NCBI GenBank assembly: GCA_027923505.1
Contig: BROI01000010.1
Location: 806,001 to 870,000, forward strand
Direction of reading: 5' to 3'
DNA from: Mayamaea pseudoterrestris
Taxonomy: Eukaryota
Length of the DNA: 64,000 nt
A model generated the notes under the pieces. That model was not told the origin of the DNA. It worked only from the letters and a program-made list of their open reading frames with translations, and searched no databases. Position numbers and translations under genes: made by a program. Each line of letters opens with the position of its first letter. Within the stretch, counting starts at the first letter, position 1. Of the stretch, positions 25,785-38,006 are shown one piece after another.

Positions 25785-28700
25785 TTAACTAAAGCGAATG
25801 TACTTGAGCGCTAGCCACGTGAGGACGCGCGCCGCCACGAGAAAGGCTCCAAGCGCCACAGCATTGGCAACATGTCCGCTCTGTCCATAGTAGCCCCCAT
25901 AGAAATAGATTACATAGTCGCTCACTGTGCTGTTGCAAGGCAGATTCATCGTTTCGTTGCCCGTGCAATGTCCTTCGTCAAGGAGATATTCGTAAAATCC
26001 GCTGCCGGAGTTTGCTACGACAGTTTCGGTGCTATTCGCAAAGAGCGAAGTGACCATTCCGTTGTAAACATAGTGTCCTGGGGTGATAAAATATGGAAAC
26101 GCATAAAAAGTGCCACGAAGGTACTGAGGCAGGACGACCAGGCCAGAAAAGAAATTATTTAAACCGATAAAGACACTTGAGAGGATGATGGCAGTGGCTT
26201 GGGGCTTGACGAGACAAACAAACAGCTGCCCAAAGTAGGAATATATAGCAAAGTTGAAAGTAAAGAAGCCCCAAAACCCGATTGAGCGACCTACGCTTTG
26301 AAACGCACTTTCCCGCAGATTCAGAAAACCAGCAACTCCGAGGAAGCACAAACAAAACAAGAAGCAAGACCCAACAATGTAAAACTTTTCGGCCACTCCC
26401 AGAGCCAACCCGAGTGCCCCACTGTCATACATGCCAGCGTCATGGTGGCGGTAAAACATGTCGCGGATCTTGGACATGACGGGGAGCACTGACATGATGG
26501 CCATGATGCCAGTAATGATGAAAGATAGAAAAATTACCGATAGGCGGGCTCGAATTTCAGGCTCCGTATAAACAGCCGTCCGCCGGCTGGTGACAAAGGA
26601 TGACCCCAAAACAAAGGCAATGACGAGGCTTATCATCAAGCGAGCGAGATTGTACGTGGGTGATCTCCAGTAAATGAGATTCAAGCGACGGCTAATTAGA
26701 ATGCGTCGTCGACGTGCCGTTGTAGGGTACTCGGATCTGTACTGAAGTTTTAGTTCAGGGTCAGGGTTGTTGTGTATTCTATCAATTTCCGACAGCAGCG
26801 TTTCCAGCTGAGAAGAAGACGCAAACAAATCCGCCATGTCGCCTCCTTTACCAGAGTCTAGAACTCGAAGCATCCAGTCCGCTGGATTGTCACCAAGCTC
26901 AATGGGAGCAGCTCCTTTCGACTCCAGGTATGTCACAAGCGTCGAGCAATTATCGTCGCCCAACTCGCCATTATAGACTACCCGCCCACCCTTTTTCAAA
27001 AGCAGTAAGTCATCAAACATTTCAAAAACAGAGGCAGAAGGCTGATGGATGGTGGCGCAAATTGTTCGTCCACCGTCGGCAATGCGGCGAAGCGCTCGAA
27101 CAATGATCATGGCACTGCGAGAGTCGAGACCTGATGTCTGAGGAAAACAACAATGAGTCAACGTATCCTAACGTAAATATGCTGCCACAGCGATCCATGC
27201 AACGCACCGGCTCATCCAGAAATATGATCGACGGCGACGCCGCAAGCTCGACGGCAATAGAGAGGCGTTTCTTTTGTTCAAAGCTCAACCCAAAACTATC
27301 CGTCCCGACCAGGACACCCGCTAGTGGGGCCAGCTCAACAGCATCCATTATTTGATCAACAAAGTCGTCCACCTCCAAATCACTCTTGACAATCTCGGGG
27401 TCGAGTCGAAGCTTCGCCGAAAAGACGATACATTCGCGCACGGTCAACTCCGGTGTTTGTACATCAAACTGTTCCACGTACCCGGAGCATCGACGAAAAG
27501 AAATTGGGTCCTGCGGCCAGCCGTTTAAAAATATTTCACCTTTCACTGTTCCCGATCGCTTTCGCAGCGCAATCACATCCAACAGCGTCGTTTTCCTGCG
27601 ACGTCAATAATATGAGCGGCAAATCCTGAACGACATACCACAGGAAGGAGTATGTACGCACCCAGCGCCTGAGCTTCCCATCAAACAACACATTCTCCCA
27701 GGTCGAAAAATTCCGTTCACCTCCTGTAGCAATGTCAGCGTACTATTGCTCATTGAGGCATCTACTTCGTAAGAGACGTTTTTGAACGACAAGGTCACGG
27801 GCTTGAAGGGAATCTGAATTGCAGCTTGGTCAGCCGCGTCGATTCGACAGCGTGCTCTCCCTGTCTCGCTCGGGGCAGCGCCGCCTTCGTTTCGAATTAG
27901 AGTCAACCCGAGGGCTGTCAACGTGCAACAGAGTAGGCTGTACAGTATCATATAGAGGAAAGCCCAACCAATCCATCGGTTGGAGAATGGATTGCCATCC
28001 GGACCAATAAATCCTCCGTTTTCTAATATTTGGTTAGGATTTTCCCACCGGCCGCAACGAAATTCATTGACGACCAACGCTCGATATACCCACGCAAAAG
28101 GATTCCACCAGTAGAGCCACTTGAAATATCCTGGAATTGTTGCCGGCGGAATGATGAAGCCCCCAAACAGCACGAGCAGCAAGACGACGCATGCACTGTA
28201 GGCGGAAAGTGTTCCGGCGCTGGCAAACGAAGCAAATACTGCCAATTGCTGAATCATCAGAACCGCAAAGACAAATAGAAGAGCCAAGTAAGTAAAAAAA
28301 TTGGCCGCGGACTCTCGATCCGCTAAACCGATCATAAAGTAAAGAATCGTTGCAAACAACACGGTATCTATCATCGTTTGCGGGACTTGCGATAAGGACC
28401 TTCCAAAAACAAACGGCCACGCTGAATAAAAGTTGGCGTCGCTATGCTTATAGTAAATGACGCGATCAGAAATAAGCGCCGACGCACTCTGCATTGCCCC
28501 GAGGACGATGAAGAGTACTGCCTGAAATAAAGCGCCCAAAATAGATATCTGATCCGTCGTAGACAAGTAAGTGCCTCCCACGCTGACTCCCATAATAACG
28601 TTTTTGGCAAGACCAGCTATGATGACGCGTTTATCTCTCGTCCAAAGGGTAATGAACCGCCGGAGTAGCAAATGAGTGGACACAAAAAAATTGTTCGCAT

Positions 28701-30409
28701 ACTTGCGTTGTGCTTGAATTGGAATCTGCTCTTCGTCCTCGTCCCAACTCAATTTGGTCGGTATCTGCAACTCCTCTTGTATAAGCATTCCAAGTTCGCT
28801 ATATCGAAAAATTTCTGCCAGCTCTGAAATCGATGGCCGTGTTTGTGGGTTGCCATCACCATGTGCCCGCTCGAATTCAATCCCATCATCCTCACTCGAG
28901 ACCATTTGCAAAAAATCGGCAATGTCTACAAAGCGGGGACAAACGAAACCTACATCGGCAAAGTAGTCTTCAACTTGCTTGACCGGCCCTGCATAAATGA
29001 CTCGACCCTGCGACAATAAAATAATCTCATCGAAAAGCGAAACCGTCTCTGGGCTCGCCTGCAGCAATGACACCACTCGAGTGAATTTGCGAAAGGTGGA
29101 AAAGTATGCAAGTACCTGAATCATCTCGTACGTCGACGTCGCGTCGAGTCCTACGGAAATCTCGTCGCCGCCTAATATGGAAGCAAGTGATCCCATCATT
29201 TCGCCTACTGTCACTCTCCGACGCTGCCCTCCTAGTTATGATGGCGACAACAATAAAGTGACGAGTTAGGCTCTGCGTTGCAAACAAAAGTTCACCGTAA
29301 GTCATCCATCAGCAAAAAGCCTACCTACCACTAATTCCACGCACATCCGCGTCACCTACAAACGTGTCCTTCACGCTTTCCAAACCAAGTCCAATGAGAA
29401 TAAGGTTGACGAGCATGTGGTACTTCTCGCTATACCGCTGATGTTGCTGTTGCTCGTCATTTGAAGCATCTTTGCTGTTATTCAACGAATCGTCCAGCGA
29501 TTCATTCAAAATTTCGTTGGATCGCTTACACAGATTGGCAAAGGCAAATGTCTCTTCGACGGTCAACCTAGGTGCATGCTTGTCAAGTTGATCAATAAAG
29601 GCCGTCAAGTTTTCAATATGATAGTTGTGCTTTTGAAGAGCCGAGCCATTGTATAAAACGGAACCTTTGATTTTGTCCCCACGCTGTCGACGAAGACGAG
29701 CCGAAATGACGCGAAGCAGCGTTGTCTTGCCGCATCCAGGATGTCCAAGAACCAAGTAGGACTTGCCTGGTTTTAGCACCAAGTTGATGTTCTGAAGGAC
29801 ATGTTTCTCCGCGGCTGGTGTCGCGAGAGGAGCTCCCTTCAGTAGCTTCTTGATCAAGGCCATCGCATAGTAAACGGGTGATCGATTGAAGACGGTGCTG
29901 ATCTCATTGGTTCGCTCCGGCACAGCAACCGAATAGCAGAATTGGTTCATTCGCACTTCCAATGGATGACCAGGCGGTCGTAGATTGCCAAGGATTTTCT
30001 CAAGTCTCATAATGACTTCTGAATTATGTGTTGTTTGCTCCGCCATTTCAGCTTCCGTTTGAATCTCCATGACAAAGGACGAATCTGCAGCTTCCACGTC
30101 CGTGACAGAATGGAGGGAGGACGATAGTCTTCGACTGGAGTATCGCTTGCGCATAATTCTCGTTTCAATGATCCTTTTCAAATGCAGTCGCTCCATGCGA
30201 TTTCTTCGCTCATCATCTCGACGTAGCGCTGATCCTTGTCGGATCCGAGTGGGACGAGTTCGTGGATTGGGTGTAGATTGTGCTGCTGCTGCCGATTCAT
30301 CTTGTTGATTGTTGTCGCCATTTTCAACATCAATTTTATCAAGTTCGTTCTCTCCAAGCTCCACTGGTCCTTCACCAGCCTCACCAGTTTTCTTTGACTC
30401 GTCCGCCAT
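25785..30409 (-). CDS. Full-size ABCG (PDR-type) transporter, NBD-TMD-NBD-TMD
   Basis: Walker A GHPGCGKTT, signature ISG|GQRRRVTVGEMM, DEISVGLDA. Second NBD: GSSGAG|KTT, GYVEQFD, LSFEQKKRLSIAVELAA, FLDEP|TSGLDS, TIHQPS. Two multi-TM domains. Three introns near 29.3, 27.6 and 27.2 kb. Confidence 0.95.
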
Positions 30410-30643
30410 GGCGACAACGAGTCAATTAATTGCAAGTACTGTACTTGAATAGCCAATGGAAGCAGCAGCTGTGATGGAACAATGGGGAGGATCGCGAGCT
30501 CGTCGAAACACGAAGGTGAGTACCGGAGCGACTTATAGCAAAGCACATGCACCAGATCAGGGGATATCCGTTGGCGGACGACCAACAGACGCATGAGGCC
30601 CGCAGCTTCCACGCACAACTCGCAGCGCGCAACAACATTCACC

Positions 30644-33600
30644 ATGGCGCACCAATTGAACATTGGGCAGCTGCAGCAACTCATTGGAGGGACGCTGACT
30701 CCTGACCGAAACGTTAGCAAGGCGGGTGAGTATCTGATTATACAGAGATTGTAGTGAAACGCATTGCATTGGCCGCACCAATATTAAATTTGTAGCTCTC
30801 ACGCTTCTTGCTTGTTGCTTCTCATACAATTCCCACAGCGGAGCAGCAACTCCAAGAAGCTCAGCGCATTCCTGGATATCCTTTGATTGTCCTTCAGCTT
30901 GTTGCGGCGAATACGACGGATGTAGCGGTCCGTCAGGCCGCCGCTGTCAATTTCAAGAACCTTGTCAAAAAGGCATGGGACGAGCACCACGAGGATGGCA
31001 ATGACGGGATTGCCATTTCCTTGGACGATCGCAATACTATCAAGAGTCATTTGGTTCAACTCATGTGTACGGTACCTCCCATGATTCAGTCTCAGCTTTC
31101 CGAAACGATTAGTCTGATTGCTGCCGTAGATTATCCGCAGCAGTGGACAAACTTGATGCCAGAGCTCGTTCAGCAATTCAATCTTACGCAACCAACGATT
31201 CTAGTCGGAGTACTCAAGACGGCTAACTCTATCCTGAAGCGATTCCGCTATGTCACTCGAAGCGACGAGCTCTACACGGTGATTGCATACACGCTTCAGA
31301 ACATTCAAGCGCCGCTCTTGGCCTTGTTCAAGGCGCTCGGACAAGCGGTTGCGGCTGCTACGCAAAATGACACTCAACAATTGACAACGCATATGGAAGC
31401 ACTGCGACTGGTTTGTCGCATCTTTTACTCGCTTAATTATCAAGATCTGCCAGAGTTTTTTGAGGACCACATGAAGGAGTGGATGGACGACTTCGCCAAT
31501 TACTTGACTTATCACAATGCGGCCTTGGTCGATACGTCGGAGGAGGATGACCCAAGCCCCATTGACAAGTTGCAAGTTGCTATTATCAAAAACGTCGACT
31601 TGTATGCCGACAAGGATGAAGAGGCATTTTTGGTGTATTTGCCTCAATTCACAACGCTCATATGGAATTTGTTGTTGACCACGACGGCCTACCCCAAGCA
31701 CGATGAGTTGGTCACGACAAGCATTCGCTTTCTTTCGGGATTAGTGCAAAAGATTATGCACAAGAGTCTTTTTGCAGCGCCGGAAACCTTGCGACAGATT
31801 GTTTTGAATATTGTTATTCCAAATTTAATGTTTCGAGAAAGCGACGAGGAGCGCTTTAAGGGCGACCCGCGCGACTACATGATGACGGAGATTGAAGGAA
31901 GCGACTCTGAATCGCGACGCAAGTGTAGCCAGGACTTGCTTCGAAGCATGAATCGTCATTTTGAGACGGAAACGACGCAGATTTGCCAGGAGCATGTAGG
32001 CAATATGTTGGCCGAGTATGCCAAGGATCCGATTGGAAAGTGGGCGGCCAAGGATGCAGCGGTATGTATAGTCCGAATAGAGAGTGCTGTATTCGATTAC
32101 TTTTCATGCGTACAATGCTTACCCTTGTCCTTTTCTTCTTCACAATTTAGATCAACTTGGTCATGGGGGTCGCGATCCGCAAGGAGAGTGCGTCTGGCGT
32201 TGCCGAATTGAACAACGCCGTAAACATTATGGAATTCTTTCAAACCCAGATTTTCCCTGAGCTTCAAGACATGGAGCATATGCGTGTCCCCGTCGTCAAA
32301 GCCACGTCTATCAAGTTTGTCAGCACGTTTCGCAACCAGTTTAGTCGAGAGCAACATGGTCTGATTTTGCCAGTACTTATCAACCACCTCGGTTCACCCA
32401 TTGTCGTCGTGCACACATTCGCTGCCTACGCAATTGAACGCATCTTATTTACCAAGGAAGATGTTGATGGCCGCAAGCAGCCAAAGATTGGCGGCCCTGA
32501 ACTCCAGCCGGCATTGCAACCCTTGTTCAAGGGTCTCTTTGCATTGATTGATAAGTCTGACGCAAATGAGAATGACTACGTTATGAAATGTGTAATGCGA
32601 GCGCTCGTTACGCTTGGACCAGATGTTGCACCGGTGACGCAGGTTGTTATTGAAAAGTTGACTGCTGCTCTGGCTCGGGTCGCGAAGAATCCGCACAATC
32701 CGCAGTTTAACCATTGCTTGTTCGAGTCGATTGCTGTCTTGATTCGCTCAATGTGCTCCAACAATCCCAGCGCAACGGGCTCCTTCGAGCAGTTGCTTTT
32801 TGATCCATTTACGACGATTTTGCGCATGGATATTGGAGAGTTTACGCCTTACGTCATTCAAATCCTCGCCCAACTTTTGGAGTATCGTCCTGTCGGGTCA
32901 GGTCTCGGCCAGTCATACTCCAGTCTCTTCGAGCCTATACTGACACCTGTATTGTGGGAGCAGAAGGGAAATTTGCCGGCATTAACCCGCCTCATGCAAG
33001 CTTACATCAAGAAGGCTCCAGCTGATCTGATCCAGTACATCAATCAGATCCTAGGCGTGTTCCAAAAGCTCTTGTCGGTCCGTTCAACAGAAACATATGC
33101 TTTTGACGTCCTCACGTCAGCTGTCTTTTATCTCCCGGCCGAGCACATGGAACCAAAGATCCCTACGGTGTTCCAGATTCTTCTCGTCCGTCTGCAGGCC
33201 AGCACAACTGCACCTCGATACAAGCGTCTCATTTCTAACTTTTTCGCGTTATATGTCGCCAAACATTCTCCCAAGGTTTACATGGATCGCCTTGACGCCA
33301 TTCAGGTTGGATTGGGTGTGACGCTGCTCGAGCAAGTTTGGCTTCCGCGTCTTCAGACTGACCCTCCTTCCCAACATTTGGAAGCAAAGGCTCAAGTCGT
33401 TGCTTTGTCAAAATTGCTTTGCGATTACCCGCCGCTGTTGGCAGACTCCAAGGGTCAACAAATATGGATGGTTGGGATCGCAGCAACGATTAGGATCTTG
33501 ACGTCCGATCTTTTTAAGACGAGAGCTCAAGAGGGAGAGGAGGAAAGCGAAGCGCTAGAAATTGAGTACGACTCCAAGTTTTCTCTTCTTAAATATGCAT

Positions 33601-33785
33601 CCAAGCCAGCGGAAGACTACATCCCAGAGCATATTGACCCCGTGCGGCTGTTCGTTCATTCTCTTCACCGCCTTGTTTCGCCGCAGCCAGGGCAGTTGGC
33701 TCCACAACTCAAGGCCAATTTGGAGCCGCAACTTTTTAGTGGGCTCGAGACGATGTTCCAGAACGCAGGTTTGCAGCTGGTGTAA
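30644..33785 (+). CDS. CSE1: Exportin-2 / CSE1 (importin-alpha re-exporter)
   Basis: ATG 30644 (MAHQLNIGQLQQLIGGTL), intron 30726-30838, VRQAAAVNFKN (IBN_N), LNYQDLPEFFEDHM, EGSDSESRR, intron 32062-32150, ENDYVMKCVMR, NPQFNHCLFES. Confidence 0.96.
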
Positions 33786-34223
33786 ATTCCTGTGGCGAAA
33801 AATGATAAACCAAGTAAAAGACAATCTCTATTTCCCTTTTGTCAATAACATAGGCAAATTAAGATTTTAATTCTATATTCTAATAAACATTTCTGAACGG
33901 GAAATAATACATACCGTTCGCCCTGCTTAATAGTGTATCGAAAGACAGGTCCAGAGTGAGTTCCAGTGGGAAGTAAAGAACAAGACTGGGTAAAATATCG
34001 ATCATTAAATCACTCTTCGAAGACCGTGACACCCGTAGGGAGCAAACATTTTGTTCACTGACCCCCAGCTACCGACGCTGACGACTACATGTGCACCGAA
34101 ACGAGCGCCAATTTTTGCCGCCGTCCAGTGCACCGCCGCCAAACAAGCCACTGGGCAACGCCTATAGTACTTCGTTCAACATAAAATTAGTCAAAATCGA
34201 CGCGTCACGTACCTGAGGTTTGG

Positions 34224-35672
34224 TCAAAAGTCCAATGGCGACGAACCTCCTCCACTACTCGCGCATGAAACTTCATCTTTGCGACCCGCGCCTGACCGAA
34301 CACCAGTCCCACCCACGCTGCTACCCCCTTGTGCATACTCTTCTGGAGGTATATGGAGCAGCTGTACGTGCAATTTGCGTCGATCCCGCTTCAATCCATA
34401 AACGAGTGCGGCTGGTCGCTTGGTCGTGGTCATATCGCAATAGTGTCCGCCGCCGTTGGCTGTTGCAGCCGTGGCAGTTGTTACCTTGCGAATCTTGAGA
34501 ATACCTGAGAATTCCCGAAACTCTGGTGGTGGTGGGTATGAAGCTCGCGTAGCGAAATGCTCCGTCTCCAAGACAACATCGACGGATCGACGCAAAATCT
34601 TGGCCGCACGAGTATCAGATGCCTTTGCAGACGCTTCAACGACCATGACCACAACTGGGAGTTCCTCTTGACGAATTTTGGCCAAGACTAGAGGCAGTGC
34701 AATAGAAATCAGCAAACGATCAGTGTGGTACAAGAGTACTCGCATGACGCGGGTTGGTGTAGAGGTCGAATATATGGACGAAATGGTCGTCCAAAGTTGT
34801 TTGAAGAATCGAAATCCACATGGCTGAGTATGGAACGGCTTGAGCATGACATTCAATTCTTTCCAATTTCGTTGACTGCTCATCTTGCCGGACAAGTCGT
34901 ACGAATGGCAATAAACATTGACTGACTGTACTTGTGAAGGAATATGGTTCAAGGCAGACAGGCCAAGTCGCTGCTGTTGGACTGACTTTCGATACTGCCA
35001 AGCAATTTGTAAACCAGCTTCAGCCGCTTCTTCGATAATTGCATCTTTGTCATCATCCGACTCGTCCTCCTCTCCCTCTTGTAGCGAATTGAGAACGAAT
35101 GTCTCTGACGACATTTCGTGTTGCTGTTGCTGCGTTCGCTTCTCTTGCTTGTCCCAGTTTAAATTCTTGGGCAGCGCGTAAAGCAACGCTCCAATTTCTG
35201 CCTGAGTTGGAAGAAAAACTTCATTCTTGTTGCTCAAATCGTTTCGCGCACATCTTGATCTCGACAAAGGTTTTGTCAGCAGCTCAAAGTTTTCGTCTTG
35301 GTCGGCGACGGGGATCAACAGAAAATGTTCCTGTGAAAGAGCCTGCGAAGTATAAAGTGACGCAGATTGATAAGATAACGATGCATATACACCATATGCA
35401 TGTCTCTTCATGCATTTACTTACTTCGGCGCACCAATACGTGAGCAAAGCGTTGGTTAAACTATTTGTCCATCCATCCTCCTGCAGATAGACGCATGTTC
35501 CAAGCGGCAAGCCTCCTCCCAAAATGACGTCCAAGTCACGTAAACCAGACGACGTTAGTGTAATCCCTCCCGTCCATGCCTTGGTTCCCTGCAGGCCGCG
35601 TAGATTCACCTTGACGTCTTGGCTTGATGCATTTGAAGACTCCGGACGACGACGCCGAAAGGAGGAAGCCAT
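34224..35672 (-). CDS. ELP4: Elongator complex subunit 4
   Basis: ATG 35672 MASSFRRR; TSSGLRDLDVILGGGLPLG, LQIAWQY, YCHSYDLS, GLKRDRRKLHVQLLHIPPE, C-terminal LDF. In-frame 81-nt intron 35423-35343. Confidence 0.92.
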   Translation of the reverse strand: MASSFRRRRPESSNASSQDVKVNLRGLQGTKAWTGGITLTSSGLRDLDVILGGGLPLGTCVYLQEDGWTNSLTNALLTYWCAEVSKCMKRHAYGVYASLSYQSASLYTSQALSQEHFLLIPVADQDENFELLTKPLSRSRCARNDLSNKNEVFLPTQAEIGALLYALPKNLNWDKQEKRTQQQQHEMSSETFVLNSLQEGEEDESDDDKDAIIEEAAEAGLQIAWQYRKSVQQQRLGLSALNHIPSQVQSVNVYCHSYDLSGKMSSQRNWKELNVMLKPFHTQPCGFRFFKQLWTTISSIYSTSTPTRVMRVLLYHTDRLLISIALPLVLAKIRQEELPVVVMVVEASAKASDTRAAKILRRSVDVVLETEHFATRASYPPPPEFREFSGILKIRKVTTATAATANGGGHYCDMTTTKRPAALVYGLKRDRRKLHVQLLHIPPEEYAQGGSSVGGTGVRSGAGRKDEVSCASSGGGSSPLDF

Positions 35673-35770
35673 TTTCAGTTTTGTGTGGTGGTGCATCCTG
35701 CCGCAATACTTGATCGCTGCGACACCAAAGATCCAGCCAATCATATCATTGAAACGGCTTGGGCCGATTT

Positions 35771-35856
35771 TCAAAGTTTTCGGCACTACTTTATGATGCA
35801 CAGTGCTTGAAATATCAAAGTTTTTGGCACTACTCTTTAATCACAGTGACAATATT
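35771..35856. repeat. Imperfect 44-bp tandem duplication upstream of ELP4
   Basis: TCAAAGTTTT(C/T)GGCACTACT...CACAGTG...AATAT at 35771 and 35815. Confidence 0.8.
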
Positions 35857-37323
35857 ATTTTGTAGTTGAGTGAAACAGACAGTACATTCAATTACATTAA
35901 TGACAAGTTTTCACAACATGACAGATGAAAGAAGGATGCACACACAATATATTATCAGGACGCCTCGACCATGGCATCATGGAAGTTGATGAGCTCGCTC
36001 CATGACCTAGGTATGGCGGCGGCCTGTCAACACGATGAGAGTCCATCATATACTAGACTAGCAGTGCAACATAACTGCGCTATCACACGACGCTTCACAA
36101 GAACTTCGGCTAGAATCAATTGATATTGATTGGGCAAGGCATATTGCCCCATTTTTCTCCATCATGACCAGCACTTTGTCGTCCAATGATGATTGAACAG
36201 TATCATGTCGATTGAAGCTCCAGTATCAGTTCCATCTTAACGTCGAAATTTACAACCTGCATCTTCTCTGCAGCCTGCAGCTGCTGCAGCGTGACGCGTG
36301 ACGGTCCAGTCAAGTACAAACGACAAAGAGTACAATGGAAACAACGTATTGTTCAGCTTCTCATTTGAGCTGCCCACGATATAGAGAAAGTATGCAGGCT
36401 GTTTCATCTTTTATACGGATGTGACAGTAGAAGTTTCTCTTGTCGCCGGTTGGATTCTGTCGGTGAATGTTTGAGCACTCGACACAAAATGAGTCCACGT
36501 CTACGATACTCCTCTACACATAGATTTCATCCAGCTTGTGCTTGTTAAAACGAATATGCACACGATTCGTTGCTTGGTCACCTTAGTATTGAAGCTACGA
36601 CAGCGACGATGAGACACTCGATTCTTAGCATTGACGAGTTTGAAGGGCAAAGGGCACACAGCATTGGGAAACTCCTGGGGCGAAAACCTTTCGACGAGAG
36701 TGGCATGAAATCTTCCGACTGCTCATACATGCACCGAGGCCACGACCGTTTTATTGTGGCGCTTTGTATTGTCGGGGCAGCAGACGGATGAACGAGATTT
36801 CGCCTCCGCTTGTCGTGCTGAATGACCACGTATAAATTTTAATGGACATGTCATTCTTAAAACGACTGCACAATGAATGCATGGCCTTGACTGTGAGTAC
36901 CACGACAGTCCTGCCGTTACGCATACAGGTATAACGGAGATTGAGCAACGAATCGGCTGCAATATTGACGTAAGTTGCGAGCCGGGCAATCGTTTCTTGG
37001 CATTCGATCATCAATTGTTGACTGGTCACTACTTTATCGGCATTGAAATAGTCTTGGGCTGGTACTTTTCATCAATTAGCGAAATGCTCACGAGACACAA
37101 CTTGTGGAGCTGCAATAATAAATAAGTGCGAGATGTTTTTCATTGGATTATGACACAATCGAGCGCTATAGGAGACACATCTCTACCGGTAGCATTATGT
37201 GGCTACCCTTATATTAACCATACATGAGCAACGCTACTATGAACCGTCGCTCTTCGCTCTGGTGATCCCAAATGATTTTGACGGCGAGCGCCGTCATCGC
37301 TCGTCGCAATCTCGCATCAGGTC

Positions 37324-37755
37324 TTACTCAGTGTCGGCATCCTTGGCCGCTTCAACCGTCGTGACTGGTTCTTGCTTGTTGACCTTTGCCAATTCCTCTC
37401 CTTCTGACAGTCCCTTTTGGAACTCCTTTGGGACCTCTTTCAATTCTCCTGCAATTCGTCCAGCATCTTTGCCAAATTCTGCGAGTTTCTGTGGTCCCAA
37501 AAGAAAAGCAGCCGCGACTAGAATAATGGCAATTTCTGGAGCTCCCAGGCCAAATAGTCCTTGCGCTTGAATGGCTGCCACTGATTTTCGCTGTCTCTGC
37601 AGTGACGACGGTGCGTAGAAGGCTGATACGTCAAAGGACGAGGAAGGCGTCGTTGCCACGTGTCTGGAACGAAAACCCGTGGTGACGGGAGCAAAACAGT
37701 GGACGCTCCAGGCGCAAAGAGCGACGAGAAAGGCGACAGGATGAGAAATCATCAT
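37324..37755 (-). CDS. tatA: Plastid thylakoid Tat translocase subunit TatA/B (Tha4/Hcf106-like)
   Basis: Signal peptide + VHC-FAP, Ser/Thr-rich transit segment, then GLFGLGAPEIAIILVAAAFLLGPQKLAEFGKDAG...KEFQ (TatA/B TM helix plus amphipathic helix). Confidence 0.9.
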   Translation of the reverse strand: MMISHPVAFLVALCAWSVHCFAPVTTGFRSRHVATTPSSSFDVSAFYAPSSLQRQRKSVAAIQAQGLFGLGAPEIAIILVAAAFLLGPQKLAEFGKDAGRIAGELKEVPKEFQKGLSEGEELAKVNKQEPVTTVEAAKDADTE

Positions 37756-38006
37756 TATGCGAATGGATGGAGAATCGGCAAGTGTTATAGCAGTAGGTCG
37801 TCCAGCAGCACGCTGTGTCGATTCGAGGCGAATTTGAAGTTGATGGATCGATGGATGATGCTGATAGGATCATACCCGGAAGTCGAGAGTCGTAGCGGTT
37901 TTGATTGGCAGCCACCGATTCCTGCGTTAGTTTGCTCACTTTTTCTTTGAAACAATTTTACAGCAATTCTCTCATACATACACTATATATTAAGTAGCCA
38001 AGCAAC

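Noticed and set aside
33900..34160. ncRNA candidates (CGTAGGGA as in TPP riboswitch 3' ends; Sm-like AATTTTTG)
   Set aside because: The other TPP elements (CTGAGA, ACCTGAT) and snRNA signature sequences are absent. An Infernal/Rfam scan would settle it.
35860..37300. Short ORFs and a C-box-like ATGATGA (about 36185) suggesting a snoRNA or small gene
   Set aside because: No matching D box or terminal stem identified, and the ORFs lack motifs.
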